Below, one piece after another: positions 37,986-45,229 of a stretch of 46,405 nucleotides of DNA (position 1 is its first letter; every line of letters begins with the position of its first letter). Location: positions 1-46,405 of the IMG/VR virus record IMGVR_UViG_3300037308_000488, one strand, 5' to 3'. The notes below the pieces were generated by a model. The model saw nothing but the letters and a program-made list of their open reading frames with translations. It was not told the DNA's origin and searched no databases. This DNA is from a virus (taxonomy: Duplodnaviria; Caudoviricetes). The translations under genes and the position numbers were made by a program.

Positions 37986-38519
37986 ATGATTAAAACCCGT
38001 GCTCAAATTGACGCAAAAGTCGAGGAAATTCAGTCGCTCATCGATTCTCTACCCCCGTGCTCTGGGCATCGAGGGGTATTGTCCACAGATATTAAAAATT
38101 TCTGGACATATAAGGGGGGAACACGACCAGAAGATAAAGCGATTGAACAGTGGATTTATGGCAACTCAAAAATTTATGACGCCGAATTGAAAATCCATTA
38201 CGACTATCTTAAGTTTGTCCGCTATCTGATCGCCAACGGGATTACGATCGATATTCCGACATACGACATCGGCAATGCGACTTTTTATGCGCTAGAACAG
38301 CTATCGATTGATCTGCTAAACGGATATATGTTCGGCCAGCGGGCTTATAACGACCTGATCGCTCAAACAATCCAGCCTGGATTGTTTAGGATTCTGCCCG
38401 CCGAACAATGGCCACGCTTGCCGCTAAGCTGGGTCATATGCCGCCATTGCCATAGGCTAACCTATCATATACCATGCGATTTTTGCGGAGAGGGGTATCA
38501 CCATGCGCTCGTATCCTAA
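37986..38519 (+). CDS. Hypothetical protein with a C-terminal Zn ribbon
   Basis: Start moved to MIKTRAQ behind AGGAG; CRHC...CDFCG. Confidence 0.65.
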   Translation: MIKTRAQIDAKVEEIQSLIDSLPPCSGHRGVLSTDIKNFWTYKGGTRPEDKAIEQWIYGNSKIYDAELKIHYDYLKFVRYLIANGITIDIPTYDIGNATFYALEQLSIDLLNGYMFGQRAYNDLIAQTIQPGLFRILPAEQWPRLPLSWVICRHCHRLTYHIPCDFCGEGYHHALVS

Positions 38520-38736
38520 AATCATGCGCATCTCGAATCTTACATCAGCCAAGCAGGCTTCCCACAAGTGCGAGTTTTGTAGGGCTGGGGGGGGGGTAAA
38601 TAAAATCATTTACTTCCAAGAATCGATGAATTTTGACGAGGAAGTTTTCTTTTTCCACCGCCAGTGCCTGCCTCAACGGGAAGCCCAAATCTTAGCAAAA
38701 ATCTATCCCTGGTATTATGAAACTATCCAGGACTAG
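38503..38736 (+). CDS. Small hypothetical protein (CxxC...HxxC)
   Basis: CEFC and HRQC motifs. Confidence 0.6.
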   Translation: MRSYPKIMRISNLTSAKQASHKCEFCRAGGGVNKIIYFQESMNFDEEVFFFHRQCLPQREAQILAKIYPWYYETIQD

Positions 38737-38742
38737 ATAACA

Positions 38743-38783
38743 AGCCTCCCCTCCCCTGCTCGGTGTTGGGTAGGGGAGGGGGC
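38743..38783. terminator. Very GC-rich hairpin
   Basis: GCCTCCCCTCCCCTGCTC...GGGTAGGGGAGGGGGC; no U-tract on the plus strand. Confidence 0.4.
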
Positions 38784-38818
38784 AAAATACTTCTCCCCAC
38801 GCACGCACGCACATTCTT

Positions 38819-39382
38819 ATGCTCAACGAGAAACCACTTTTCCCTGCAATTCTTAGCGCAATCCTAACTGCAGCTTGTTATACCGCTCAACACTACATGA
38901 CTGGATGGGTAGCCATGCTGGCTATGCTGCTAGTATGGGTGTTTGCTGGCGCGACATTTTTTCACTTCTGGTCCTGGGCTTTCGACTCCGCTCTGCAGCA
39001 ATACCTGCAGCGTCAATCGGCTAAACTGGCTGGCAATTACGACTTGGCTCTGGCAGAGCGGCTGGCACGTCTAAACTCGGAACAACTTGAAGCGTTTATG
39101 GCTATCCTGCACAGCGAGCCGACTATCACGGCAACGAAAGACAGTCTAGTAATTAACGGCGTATCCGTGCCGAGCGAGTTTATCCGCGAGCTAATCGCCA
39201 GTACCCGAGACGGTTACATCAAGCCCGAGAGAGACTACAGCGAGGGCAGCACTGAACGGCTATACTACAAAACCATAACTAACTATCTAATCCGTCAAGG
39301 GTTAGCAGAGCCCGCCAGCGGGAACAAACCAGTAAAAGTGCCTTCCTGGCGGTCTGCACTGCAAGTGTTGGGAGGCGTATAA
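38819..39382 (+). CDS. Membrane protein with a soluble C-domain
   Basis: Two N-terminal TM helices. Confidence 0.65.
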   Translation: MLNEKPLFPAILSAILTAACYTAQHYMTGWVAMLAMLLVWVFAGATFFHFWSWAFDSALQQYLQRQSAKLAGNYDLALAERLARLNSEQLEAFMAILHSEPTITATKDSLVINGVSVPSEFIRELIASTRDGYIKPERDYSEGSTERLYYKTITNYLIRQGLAEPASGNKPVKVPSWRSALQVLGGV

Positions 39383-39384
39383 AC

Positions 39385-39741
39385 ATGACAAAAAAGGCTT
39401 CGTACACGGCTGTACATAAGCGAAAAAATGAAAAAGGTAATCTAGATCAGATCCGTTCCTATCTCGGCTTTTTGCACGTCGAGCAGGGCTATACACTCCG
39501 CCAGATCGCATCGTTGTTTGACCACCTGACCTATGGTGATATAAGCCGGATACTTCGGGGCATCGAGCCGAAAGCCCCGCTAAAGCGCCTAGAGATGGGA
39601 TTACCCAGCGTTATGCCTGCCCCCGTTTGCCCAATCCATAATGTAGTCCATCTAGGCCGATGCCCGGGGGAGCGCCAATACAGGGATTTGTATGCTATAC
39701 CTCTGAAGACACTGGCTAAGATGATCAACGAGAGGCGGTAA
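39385..39741 (+). CDS. HTH DNA-binding protein
   Basis: GYTLRQIASLF..LTYGDISRILRG; CPIH..VH...C motif. Confidence 0.65.
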   Translation: MTKKASYTAVHKRKNEKGNLDQIRSYLGFLHVEQGYTLRQIASLFDHLTYGDISRILRGIEPKAPLKRLEMGLPSVMPAPVCPIHNVVHLGRCPGERQYRDLYAIPLKTLAKMINERR

Positions 39742-39813
39742 ATTATCTCTTGACAACCGCTCAAATCTGTTCTCTAATGTTATTAGAATTGAATACAAAC
39801 AGGAGAAAAAATG
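39741..39813 (+). promoter_or_regulatory. Early promoter-RBS cassette, copy 4 (diverged)
   Basis: CTC-TTGACA (39750)-ACCGCTCAAAT...TCTAAT-GTTAT...AGGAGAAAAAATG. Confidence 0.75.
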
Positions 39814-40137
39814 CAATGGAACTTGGTCAACTATAATGGAAAATTAGCTGTTACTTTCGGCTGGTCGCCTGACTATGATCAGCCAATTGAGCGGCGTGAC
39901 CTATGGGTATCACCCAAAGAATCATGGGACGAGCACTACTATTCCCAATACACCCAGGTTCGTTTGGGAGCAAACGGAGTCTTTTGGTGCTACTCTACGC
40001 TAACCTGCACCGAAAAACCGTTACATACGCAATTCTGGAAACATGTCCAAGAGACCCGGGAAGTAAAGATGCCCAGCCGCGGCGGAAAGAATTGGAAATG
40101 GGTGTGGAGAAGTGGCCGATGGGTAAAACAGTTTTGA
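39811..40137 (+). CDS. Trp-rich hypothetical early protein
   Basis: Starts at the cassette ATG. Confidence 0.7.
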   Translation: MQWNLVNYNGKLAVTFGWSPDYDQPIERRDLWVSPKESWDEHYYSQYTQVRLGANGVFWCYSTLTCTEKPLHTQFWKHVQETREVKMPSRGGKNWKWVWRSGRWVKQF

Positions 40138-40322
40138 GCGTCGCTCAGATCGCGGTTGGCATAAAAGCCCTTCAAAGCGCCAGGCAAAGAGACGCCTTCG
40201 ATGCGAACTTGTATAAACAACGCGCCATCATAACCGAGCGCCATCGAAAAATCGCAGAGCGTTATGATGTGCTTACAGCAGTCATCGAATTTTTAACCGA
40301 GCTAAAAAATGAAACCAGTTAA
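40119..40322 (+). CDS. Hypothetical protein
   Basis: Probable real start MGKTVLS of track ORF 39903..40322, behind GGAG. Confidence 0.55.
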   Translation: MGKTVLSVAQIAVGIKALQSARQRDAFDANLYKQRAIITERHRKIAERYDVLTAVIEFLTELKNETS

Positions 40323-40485
40323 CTTGCCTGTACAGAAGCCCAAAACGAAACCACTGGTACGGTGCACGGCCTGTAACGATACTGGCTTGATGTCTTACTC
40401 AGTCATGGCGGCGGGCGGGGTGATAAAAACCTATTCCAACCCTTGCCCGTTTTGTCAATCTAGAAAACAACAGGAGAAAAAATGA
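40309..40485 (+). CDS. 58-aa Zn-finger protein (below the track cutoff)
   Basis: MKPVNL...CTACNDTG...PCPFCQ...; ATGA overlap with the next gene. Confidence 0.65.
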   Translation: MKPVNLPVQKPKTKPLVRCTACNDTGLMSYSVMAAGGVIKTYSNPCPFCQSRKQQEKK

Positions 40486-40808
40486 AAACTATAATCGAGA
40501 ATATGAAGAAAATTGAAGATGCCGCTAACTCGCTCATGGATGACATTTTTTACGCCCGGCGAGTAGAGTATCTGCTAGGGAAAGCGAAAGCGAAACGACT
40601 TATGCTACTCGGCAAGGCACAATTAGAGGGGCCCCTAACCGGTAAAAACGAAACCGTTAGGGAATACGAGCTCCAGATGCTATACCCTGTCACCCACAGG
40701 CGTATAGTCCAACTACAGCGCGCAACCCTAAAAGCGCAAACTAACCTGGAAATCAGCCGAGTCATGTGGGCTGCAGTCGAGCTCCTGGAGCGCCGTGACT
40801 ATGCGTGA
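40482..40808 (+). CDS. Hypothetical protein
   Basis: RBS AGGAG; GKNETVRE motif. Confidence 0.7.
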   Translation: MKTIIENMKKIEDAANSLMDDIFYARRVEYLLGKAKAKRLMLLGKAQLEGPLTGKNETVREYELQMLYPVTHRRIVQLQRATLKAQTNLEISRVMWAAVELLERRDYA

Positions 40809-41025
40809 ATTCCTACTACTGCTAATTTTGCTCCTAGTAATATGCCCCGTGGCTTGTCTAGTCCAGGCAATCATAACGGGCGATTATCAACTCGATATCC
40901 CATTGCCGTTTGGGTATAGTTTTCACATCCAGCCGGGGTGGAGTAACTGGATACTCTGCAGCCCTGATAACCTGCCCTGTCATGCCAATCCGTTCAGCGT
41001 TCCACTACCAGTGGAGGAAAAATGA
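40795..41025 (+). CDS. Small membrane protein
   Basis: N-terminal hydrophobic helix. Confidence 0.55.
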   Translation: MTMREFLLLLILLLVICPVACLVQAIITGDYQLDIPLPFGYSFHIQPGWSNWILCSPDNLPCHANPFSVPLPVEEK

Positions 41026-41273
41026 GCATTACCGAAAAACTACTAGAAAACTCTGTAGATATCATGGTATCTATAGGCAAGCTTATAGGAGCAGATAACG
41101 AAGATTGCCCGGAACTGGTTCAAGATTTTTACTATGACTGGCTAGTTGGAATCCTCGTAGTCGGAAAATTTTTCGATACGCTGCTAGACGTTTATGCCGC
41201 GTATTGGTTGCAGATCGTTATCATGGCGATACTGCTCGGTATTCCAATCTGGCTATTAAGTACAGGGAGGTGA
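41022..41273 (+). CDS. Small membrane protein
   Basis: RBS GGAGG; C-terminal TM helix. Confidence 0.6.
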   Translation: MSITEKLLENSVDIMVSIGKLIGADNEDCPELVQDFYYDWLVGILVVGKFFDTLLDVYAAYWLQIVIMAILLGIPIWLLSTGR

Positions 41274-41274
41274 A

Positions 41275-41463
41275 ATGGATAATGTCTTGTTGCTATATCT
41301 GATTTTGAGCAACGGAATCTACTACGCCGCGCTGTGTTACAGCGGGATTACTATAACAGGACTTATTGCTATGGGCTGCGCAATCGCATATACAGCCCTG
41401 CGAGACAAAGTCCGTCCAAAAACCTGGATTATCACCGAGAGAGGATTTGAGCCGTATGAATAA
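41275..41463 (+). CDS. Small two-TM membrane protein
   Basis: RBS GGAGGTG; hydrophobic. Confidence 0.6.
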   Translation: MDNVLLLYLILSNGIYYAALCYSGITITGLIAMGCAIAYTALRDKVRPKTWIITERGFEPYE

Positions 41464-41887
41464 ACCAACCAATGGCCTCGGAGAATGGGCAGGATGCGCA
41501 ACCGCTCTAATTGTTTTAGCGGCCGTAGTTGTCGCCGCCATTGTGATTATAGGCGCACCATCGTTCGAGTCATGGCTAATACACGGAGCGGAAGCTTCGC
41601 ACCAAGAGCGCATGGCCGCACTACCTGACACTGAGCATGAGTATGCTCTATACCAGCAAGCCGAAGTGGCAACAGAGTTAGGCGATAACCTTGTTGCAGT
41701 AGCCGTATCTGCAGATATCAGTCAAACCCAAATCGCTCAAGCTATTCCATCCAGCCTATGGGCAATCGCTCTGATAATCGTTAGCATCACCGCTCTGGTT
41801 ATCGTCTTAACACTTAAGCCACGCTCGAGCGAACAGAGCTCATCTGTTTATCATCCCAGCCATGAGTATTCCAACCGACAACGATGA
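41456..41887 (+). CDS. Two-TM membrane protein
   Basis: Start moved to MNKPTNG; TM helices near both ends. Confidence 0.6.
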   Translation: MNKPTNGLGEWAGCATALIVLAAVVVAAIVIIGAPSFESWLIHGAEASHQERMAALPDTEHEYALYQQAEVATELGDNLVAVAVSADISQTQIAQAIPSSLWAIALIIVSITALVIVLTLKPRSSEQSSSVYHPSHEYSNRQR

Positions 41888-42042
41888 CTATTACCGACAA
41901 CGATGACTATTATGACGAAATCGAGGCTGAGGAAGGCTGCAGCCGGCTTGTCCTGCTTTTCTATCTAATGCTGTTCTGCGGAGGCTGCGTTTTCATCACC
42001 ATCACTGTGATTGTGCTAGCGATTATGGCGATTATTACTTAA
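41884..42042 (+). CDS. 52-aa membrane protein (below the track cutoff)
   Basis: ATGA overlap; MTITDNDDYYDEIEAEEGCSRLVLLFYLMLFCGGCVFITITVIVLAIMAIIT*. Confidence 0.6.
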   Translation: MTITDNDDYYDEIEAEEGCSRLVLLFYLMLFCGGCVFITITVIVLAIMAIIT

Positions 42043-42053
42043 TTGGAGTCATT

Positions 42054-42263
42054 ATGAGCGATCAGACAAAAACCAAACTCGATCTACACTTACACCAGTG
42101 GGGAGGCTGGGGTAGCCCCCAGAAAGGGACGGTAGAAAACAAAACTTATTACTACCAACTGCGTTACTGTACGCACAAAGGCTGCAAAGCCGGACTGCAC
42201 CGATTTTGCGACCGGAACGGCAATCCTGCCAAGACACCAATTTATTATAGAGAGAGGATATAG
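42054..42263 (+). CDS. Small Cys/His protein
   Basis: RBS GGAG; HQWGGW...RYCTHKGC. Confidence 0.6.
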   Translation: MSDQTKTKLDLHLHQWGGWGSPQKGTVENKTYYYQLRYCTHKGCKAGLHRFCDRNGNPAKTPIYYRERI

Positions 42264-42264
42264 C

Positions 42265-42618
42265 ATGAACATGAAAAAGCAATTGGGGATAGGGGTGACA
42301 CTTTTACTGGCAATTTTGGTACTAACTACAATCCAAGCAACCCGGGCGGATTTTATTCCGCCTGAACCGCCACTATGCACTAGCTGGGAGGAGTTTGCGA
42401 AAAACCCGCATCTCTGCCCACCGCCCGCGAAAGAGCTAGATGATGAGGAGTGGCTATGCCACGACCCAGCGTATGGATACTACTACGGATACTGCGCACC
42501 AGAGCTGCTCGATATCTGGTCGCAGCCAGAGTACAACCCATACCCCGGCCCTGTACAGAATAATCAACTAGACATCATGAAAATCTTGCCACACTGGTTG
42601 ACTAGAGGAAATCAATGA
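42265..42618 (+). CDS. Secreted or membrane-anchored Pro/Cys-rich protein
   Basis: Signal-peptide-like N-terminus ending ATRA. Confidence 0.6.
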   Translation: MNMKKQLGIGVTLLLAILVLTTIQATRADFIPPEPPLCTSWEEFAKNPHLCPPPAKELDDEEWLCHDPAYGYYYGYCAPELLDIWSQPEYNPYPGPVQNNQLDIMKILPHWLTRGNQ

Positions 42619-42947
42619 CTGAATGGCGGGAGTGGCTGGAGCGGCAAAAAAATATATTAGCCCAACAAAAAGCCCAAGAACAAACAGTAAAAGTACAAAA
42701 AGCAAAAGCTGTTTACACTCTCATCACCGAGCGGGATAAACTACTGATAAGCGGACTTGCTGGCTGTACGTTTCTGCCTGGCTCATGGGATAAACGGTTT
42801 GTCAAGGCGATGTATGGATATGATAGCGTTGAGCGTAAAATCATTTATCCGACCGAGATCACTGAAAAACAACGGGGGTGCCTGGAAGAACTATATCACC
42901 GCTACCGTAGGCAGATACCCAATCACAAAAAACTATGCCGAAAGTAG
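42615..42947 (+). CDS. Hypothetical protein
   Basis: ATGA overlap; CTFLPGSWDKRF...TEKQ...YRRQI. Confidence 0.65.
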   Translation: MTEWREWLERQKNILAQQKAQEQTVKVQKAKAVYTLITERDKLLISGLAGCTFLPGSWDKRFVKAMYGYDSVERKIIYPTEITEKQRGCLEELYHRYRRQIPNHKKLCRK

Positions 42948-42960
42948 GTCGTGAAGCCTT

Positions 42961-44076
42961 ATGATTCTTGCATCCCCCTACCCCTGGTTTGGAGGAAAAG
43001 CCAGGGTCGCCCACCTCGTCTGGCCTGCGCTTGGCGACGTTGAACACTATGTCGAGCCGTTCTTCGGCGGTGGCGCGATTCTGCTCAACCGCCCAACCGA
43101 GCCGCGGGTTGAGACGATCAACGACATCGACCTCTACGTAGTCAACTTCTGGCGCTCCGTCCAGAAAGCGCCGGAGGAGGTCGCCTATCACGCTAACAAT
43201 CTGGTCAACGAATCTGACCTGATCGCCAGGCATATCTGGCTGGTCAACACAGGCGCAGAGCGGATCGCCCGGCTCGAAGGCGACCCGGACTACTACGACG
43301 CCAAGGTCGCAGGGTGGTGGGTGTGGGGGATCAACTGCTGGATAGGCAGCGGATGGTGCAGCGGGCGCGGCCCCTGGTCGGCGGACGCGGACGGGAAGTT
43401 AGTAAAGAACGGCAACGAAAAGGGGGTAAATCGGCAACGCCCATATTTGGGAAATGCAGGTATAGGTATCAACGCCGCAAGGGGGGTAAGCAGGCAACTC
43501 CCACACTTGAGTAACCCTGGTCGAGGTATCAACGCCGCAAGGGGGGTAAGCAGGCAACCCCCACACTTGGGGGATGCAGGTCAAAAGACCAACGCTCAGC
43601 GGCACCGCGAACATGCCGATACACTGTGCGGGGTCAGGACAGGAGAGGCCGAGTTAGGTGAGTATTTCAACCGGTTAGCCGAGAGATTGCGCCGCGTGCG
43701 GGTTTGCTGCGGCGACTGGTCGCGCGTCGTCACCCCCGGCGCACTGGCACATGGAAAAACCGTGGGGGTGTTCCTCGACCCGCCCTACGACCAAGACATG
43801 CGGAGCGAAGAATTGTATAACCATGACACATCCAGTCTCTCCGTTGCTGTGCGGGAGTGGTGCATCGCGAACCAGGACAACCCCCGTTACCGCATCGTGC
43901 TGTGCGGATACGAAGGGGAGCATGACCTCCCCGGCTGGCGGGTTGTAGCCTGGAAAGCGGGGAGAGCTTACGGAAATGCGAATGGCGAAACTTCCAACAG
44001 TGCAAACCGGCACAAGGAGCGCATCTGGTTCTCTCCAAACTGCCTGACTGTGCAGAAAAGTTTGTTCGATGGGTGA
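42961..44076 (+). CDS. Orphan DNA adenine methyltransferase (Dam/D12-class)
   Basis: PYPWFGGK, YVEPFFGGGA, ETIND and FLDPPY motifs. Confidence 0.9.
   Translation: MILASPYPWFGGKARVAHLVWPALGDVEHYVEPFFGGGAILLNRPTEPRVETINDIDLYVVNFWRSVQKAPEEVAYHANNLVNESDLIARHIWLVNTGAERIARLEGDPDYYDAKVAGWWVWGINCWIGSGWCSGRGPWSADADGKLVKNGNEKGVNRQRPYLGNAGIGINAARGVSRQLPHLSNPGRGINAARGVSRQPPHLGDAGQKTNAQRHREHADTLCGVRTGEAELGEYFNRLAERLRRVRVCCGDWSRVVTPGALAHGKTVGVFLDPPYDQDMRSEELYNHDTSSLSVAVREWCIANQDNPRYRIVLCGYEGEHDLPGWRVVAWKAGRAYGNANGETSNSANRHKERIWFSPNCLTVQKSLFDG
43423..43602 (+). repeat. Three in-frame 60-bp tandem repeats inside the methylase
   Basis: GVNRQRPYLGNAGIGINAAR / GVSRQLPHLSNPGRGINAAR / GVSRQPPHLGDAGQKTNAQR. Confidence 0.9.
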
Positions 44077-44086
44077 GGGTCATAAA

Positions 44087-44470
44087 ATGAAAACTAAAAT
44101 TGATAAACTAGAAGCCTATAGAGTAACTACCGGATTTTTTGCATCGTCACCGGATGATGGTTTGAATGGAATCTTTATTATCCCATCCAAACCGCCCGTC
44201 TCCCCGGAATGTTGTAATTTAGTTTGCATAGCATCAAACGGTATGGGTTGGGAGCACGTCTCAGTCGAGGTCAAATTCCATCCGTCACGGAAACGACTTC
44301 CAAGCTGGAACGAGATGTCGCACATAAAAGATATGTTCTGGGAATCTGATGAAACCGTGCTGGAATTTCACCCTAAAAAATCTGATTATGTGAATGTACA
44401 TCCGTGGGTTCTACACCTATGGAAAAAAGTTGGGGTAGAGCATGAACTACCGCCAGTAGAACTGGTATAG
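44087..44470 (+). CDS. Conserved phage hypothetical protein
   Basis: GWEHVSV...PSWNEM..IKDMFW...HPKKSDYVNVHP.VLHLW, a motif pattern widespread in phages; start MKTKID. Confidence 0.75.
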   Translation: MKTKIDKLEAYRVTTGFFASSPDDGLNGIFIIPSKPPVSPECCNLVCIASNGMGWEHVSVEVKFHPSRKRLPSWNEMSHIKDMFWESDETVLEFHPKKSDYVNVHPWVLHLWKKVGVEHELPPVELV

Positions 44471-44499
44471 GGTAACTAACCCACAATATCAAGATTTGA

Positions 44500-44542
44500 A
44501 AATTCCCTCTTGACAACCGTTAAATTTGTTATATAATGTTAT
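44500..44542 (+). promoter_or_regulatory. Early promoter, copy 5 (drives the structured RNA)
   Basis: CTC-TTGACA (44510)-ACCGTTAAATTTGTTA-TATAAT (44532)-GTTAT. Confidence 0.85.
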
Positions 44543-44571
44543 TGCACTGTAATAATCAGAACATTAATAAA

Positions 44572-44780
44572 ATCCAGAGCTTGCAAGTCGGCGGCTACCG
44601 CTAAGAAGCCAGTAAAATTCGGCTTGAGGGCAGGGTTGACATCCGAGAGCATAGCTAGAGACTGGCAGAGCGGGTGCTACTGGATAATGCGAGTGAAATA
44701 ACCAACGGCGAAGGCAAGTCAACCGGTGTCGTTCTCGCAGAGGGAGTTCGAATCCTCCCGCCGACTCGCAAGCTCTGGAT
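44572..44780 (+). ncRNA. tRNA-like structured non-coding RNA (~210 nt)
   Basis: 13-bp outer stem, 7-bp acceptor-like stem AGTCGGC/GCCGACT, T-loop GTTCGAATC, internal stems GGTTGAC/GTCAACC, GAGGGC/GTTCTC and AAGCC/GGCTT. Confidence 0.75.
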
Positions 44781-44791
44781 GAGGAGGAAAA

Positions 44792-45166
44792 ATGCTGCGA
44801 ATATCAAGAAGTACGAGGTGGGCAGAAGCCCCCGAAGGGGCTTTTGCACATTCCGAGGGGAACTTGGTAAGAATAACAGTTGTAGTCGTCCACCCCGACG
44901 ACTACAAACTGCTAACATCCAGGGACAACGCGCTAAATAAACTCACTGGAGAGCTATTTAGCACAGGATTGAAGCGGTCGTGGTGGGAAAGCTGGCATGA
45001 TGCTTCAATCTCCGGCGAGGAAGGAGACCCACTCGCCGAAGAATTTTTTGAAAAGCTATACCGCGCGCTGGAAGAGCGGTATAGCCCTCCCCAGTACGTA
45101 GAGGTAGAGGTAGAGGGCAGGAGCGACTGGCCTGAACTACCGCCTTTGCCTCTAATCGAAAAGTAA
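44792..45166 (+). CDS. Hypothetical acidic protein
   Basis: RBS GAGGAGG immediately after the RNA stem. Confidence 0.6.
   Translation: MLRISRSTRWAEAPEGAFAHSEGNLVRITVVVVHPDDYKLLTSRDNALNKLTGELFSTGLKRSWWESWHDASISGEEGDPLAEEFFEKLYRALEERYSPPQYVEVEVEGRSDWPELPPLPLIEK
44822..44847 (+). terminator. Terminator-like hairpin just downstream of the ncRNA, inside the next ORF
   Basis: GCAGAAGCCCC-CGAA-GGGGCTTTTGC. Confidence 0.55.
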
Positions 45167-45184
45167 AATAAATCACACTAAACC

Positions 45185-45213
45185 TCCCGCCCTGAACCGG
45201 GCGGGATTTTTTT
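45185..45213 (+). terminator. Intrinsic terminator at the early/late convergence
   Basis: TCCCGCCC-TGAACC-GGGCGGGA followed by T7. Confidence 0.8.
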
Positions 45214-45229
45214 TGCTACTACACTACGG

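Noticed and set aside
43423-43602. CRISPR array
   Set aside because: Contiguous in-frame 60-bp coding repeats without unique spacers; no cas genes.
44586-44770. Canonical tRNA or tmRNA
   Set aside because: No 7-nt anticodon loop, no encoded CCA, no G3-U70 alanine determinant and no tag ORF ending in a stop inside the RNA; reported as a tRNA-like ncRNA instead.
44674-44940. Track ORF MLLDNASE...
   Set aside because: No RBS; overlaps the structured RNA and the better-supported 44792 ORF.
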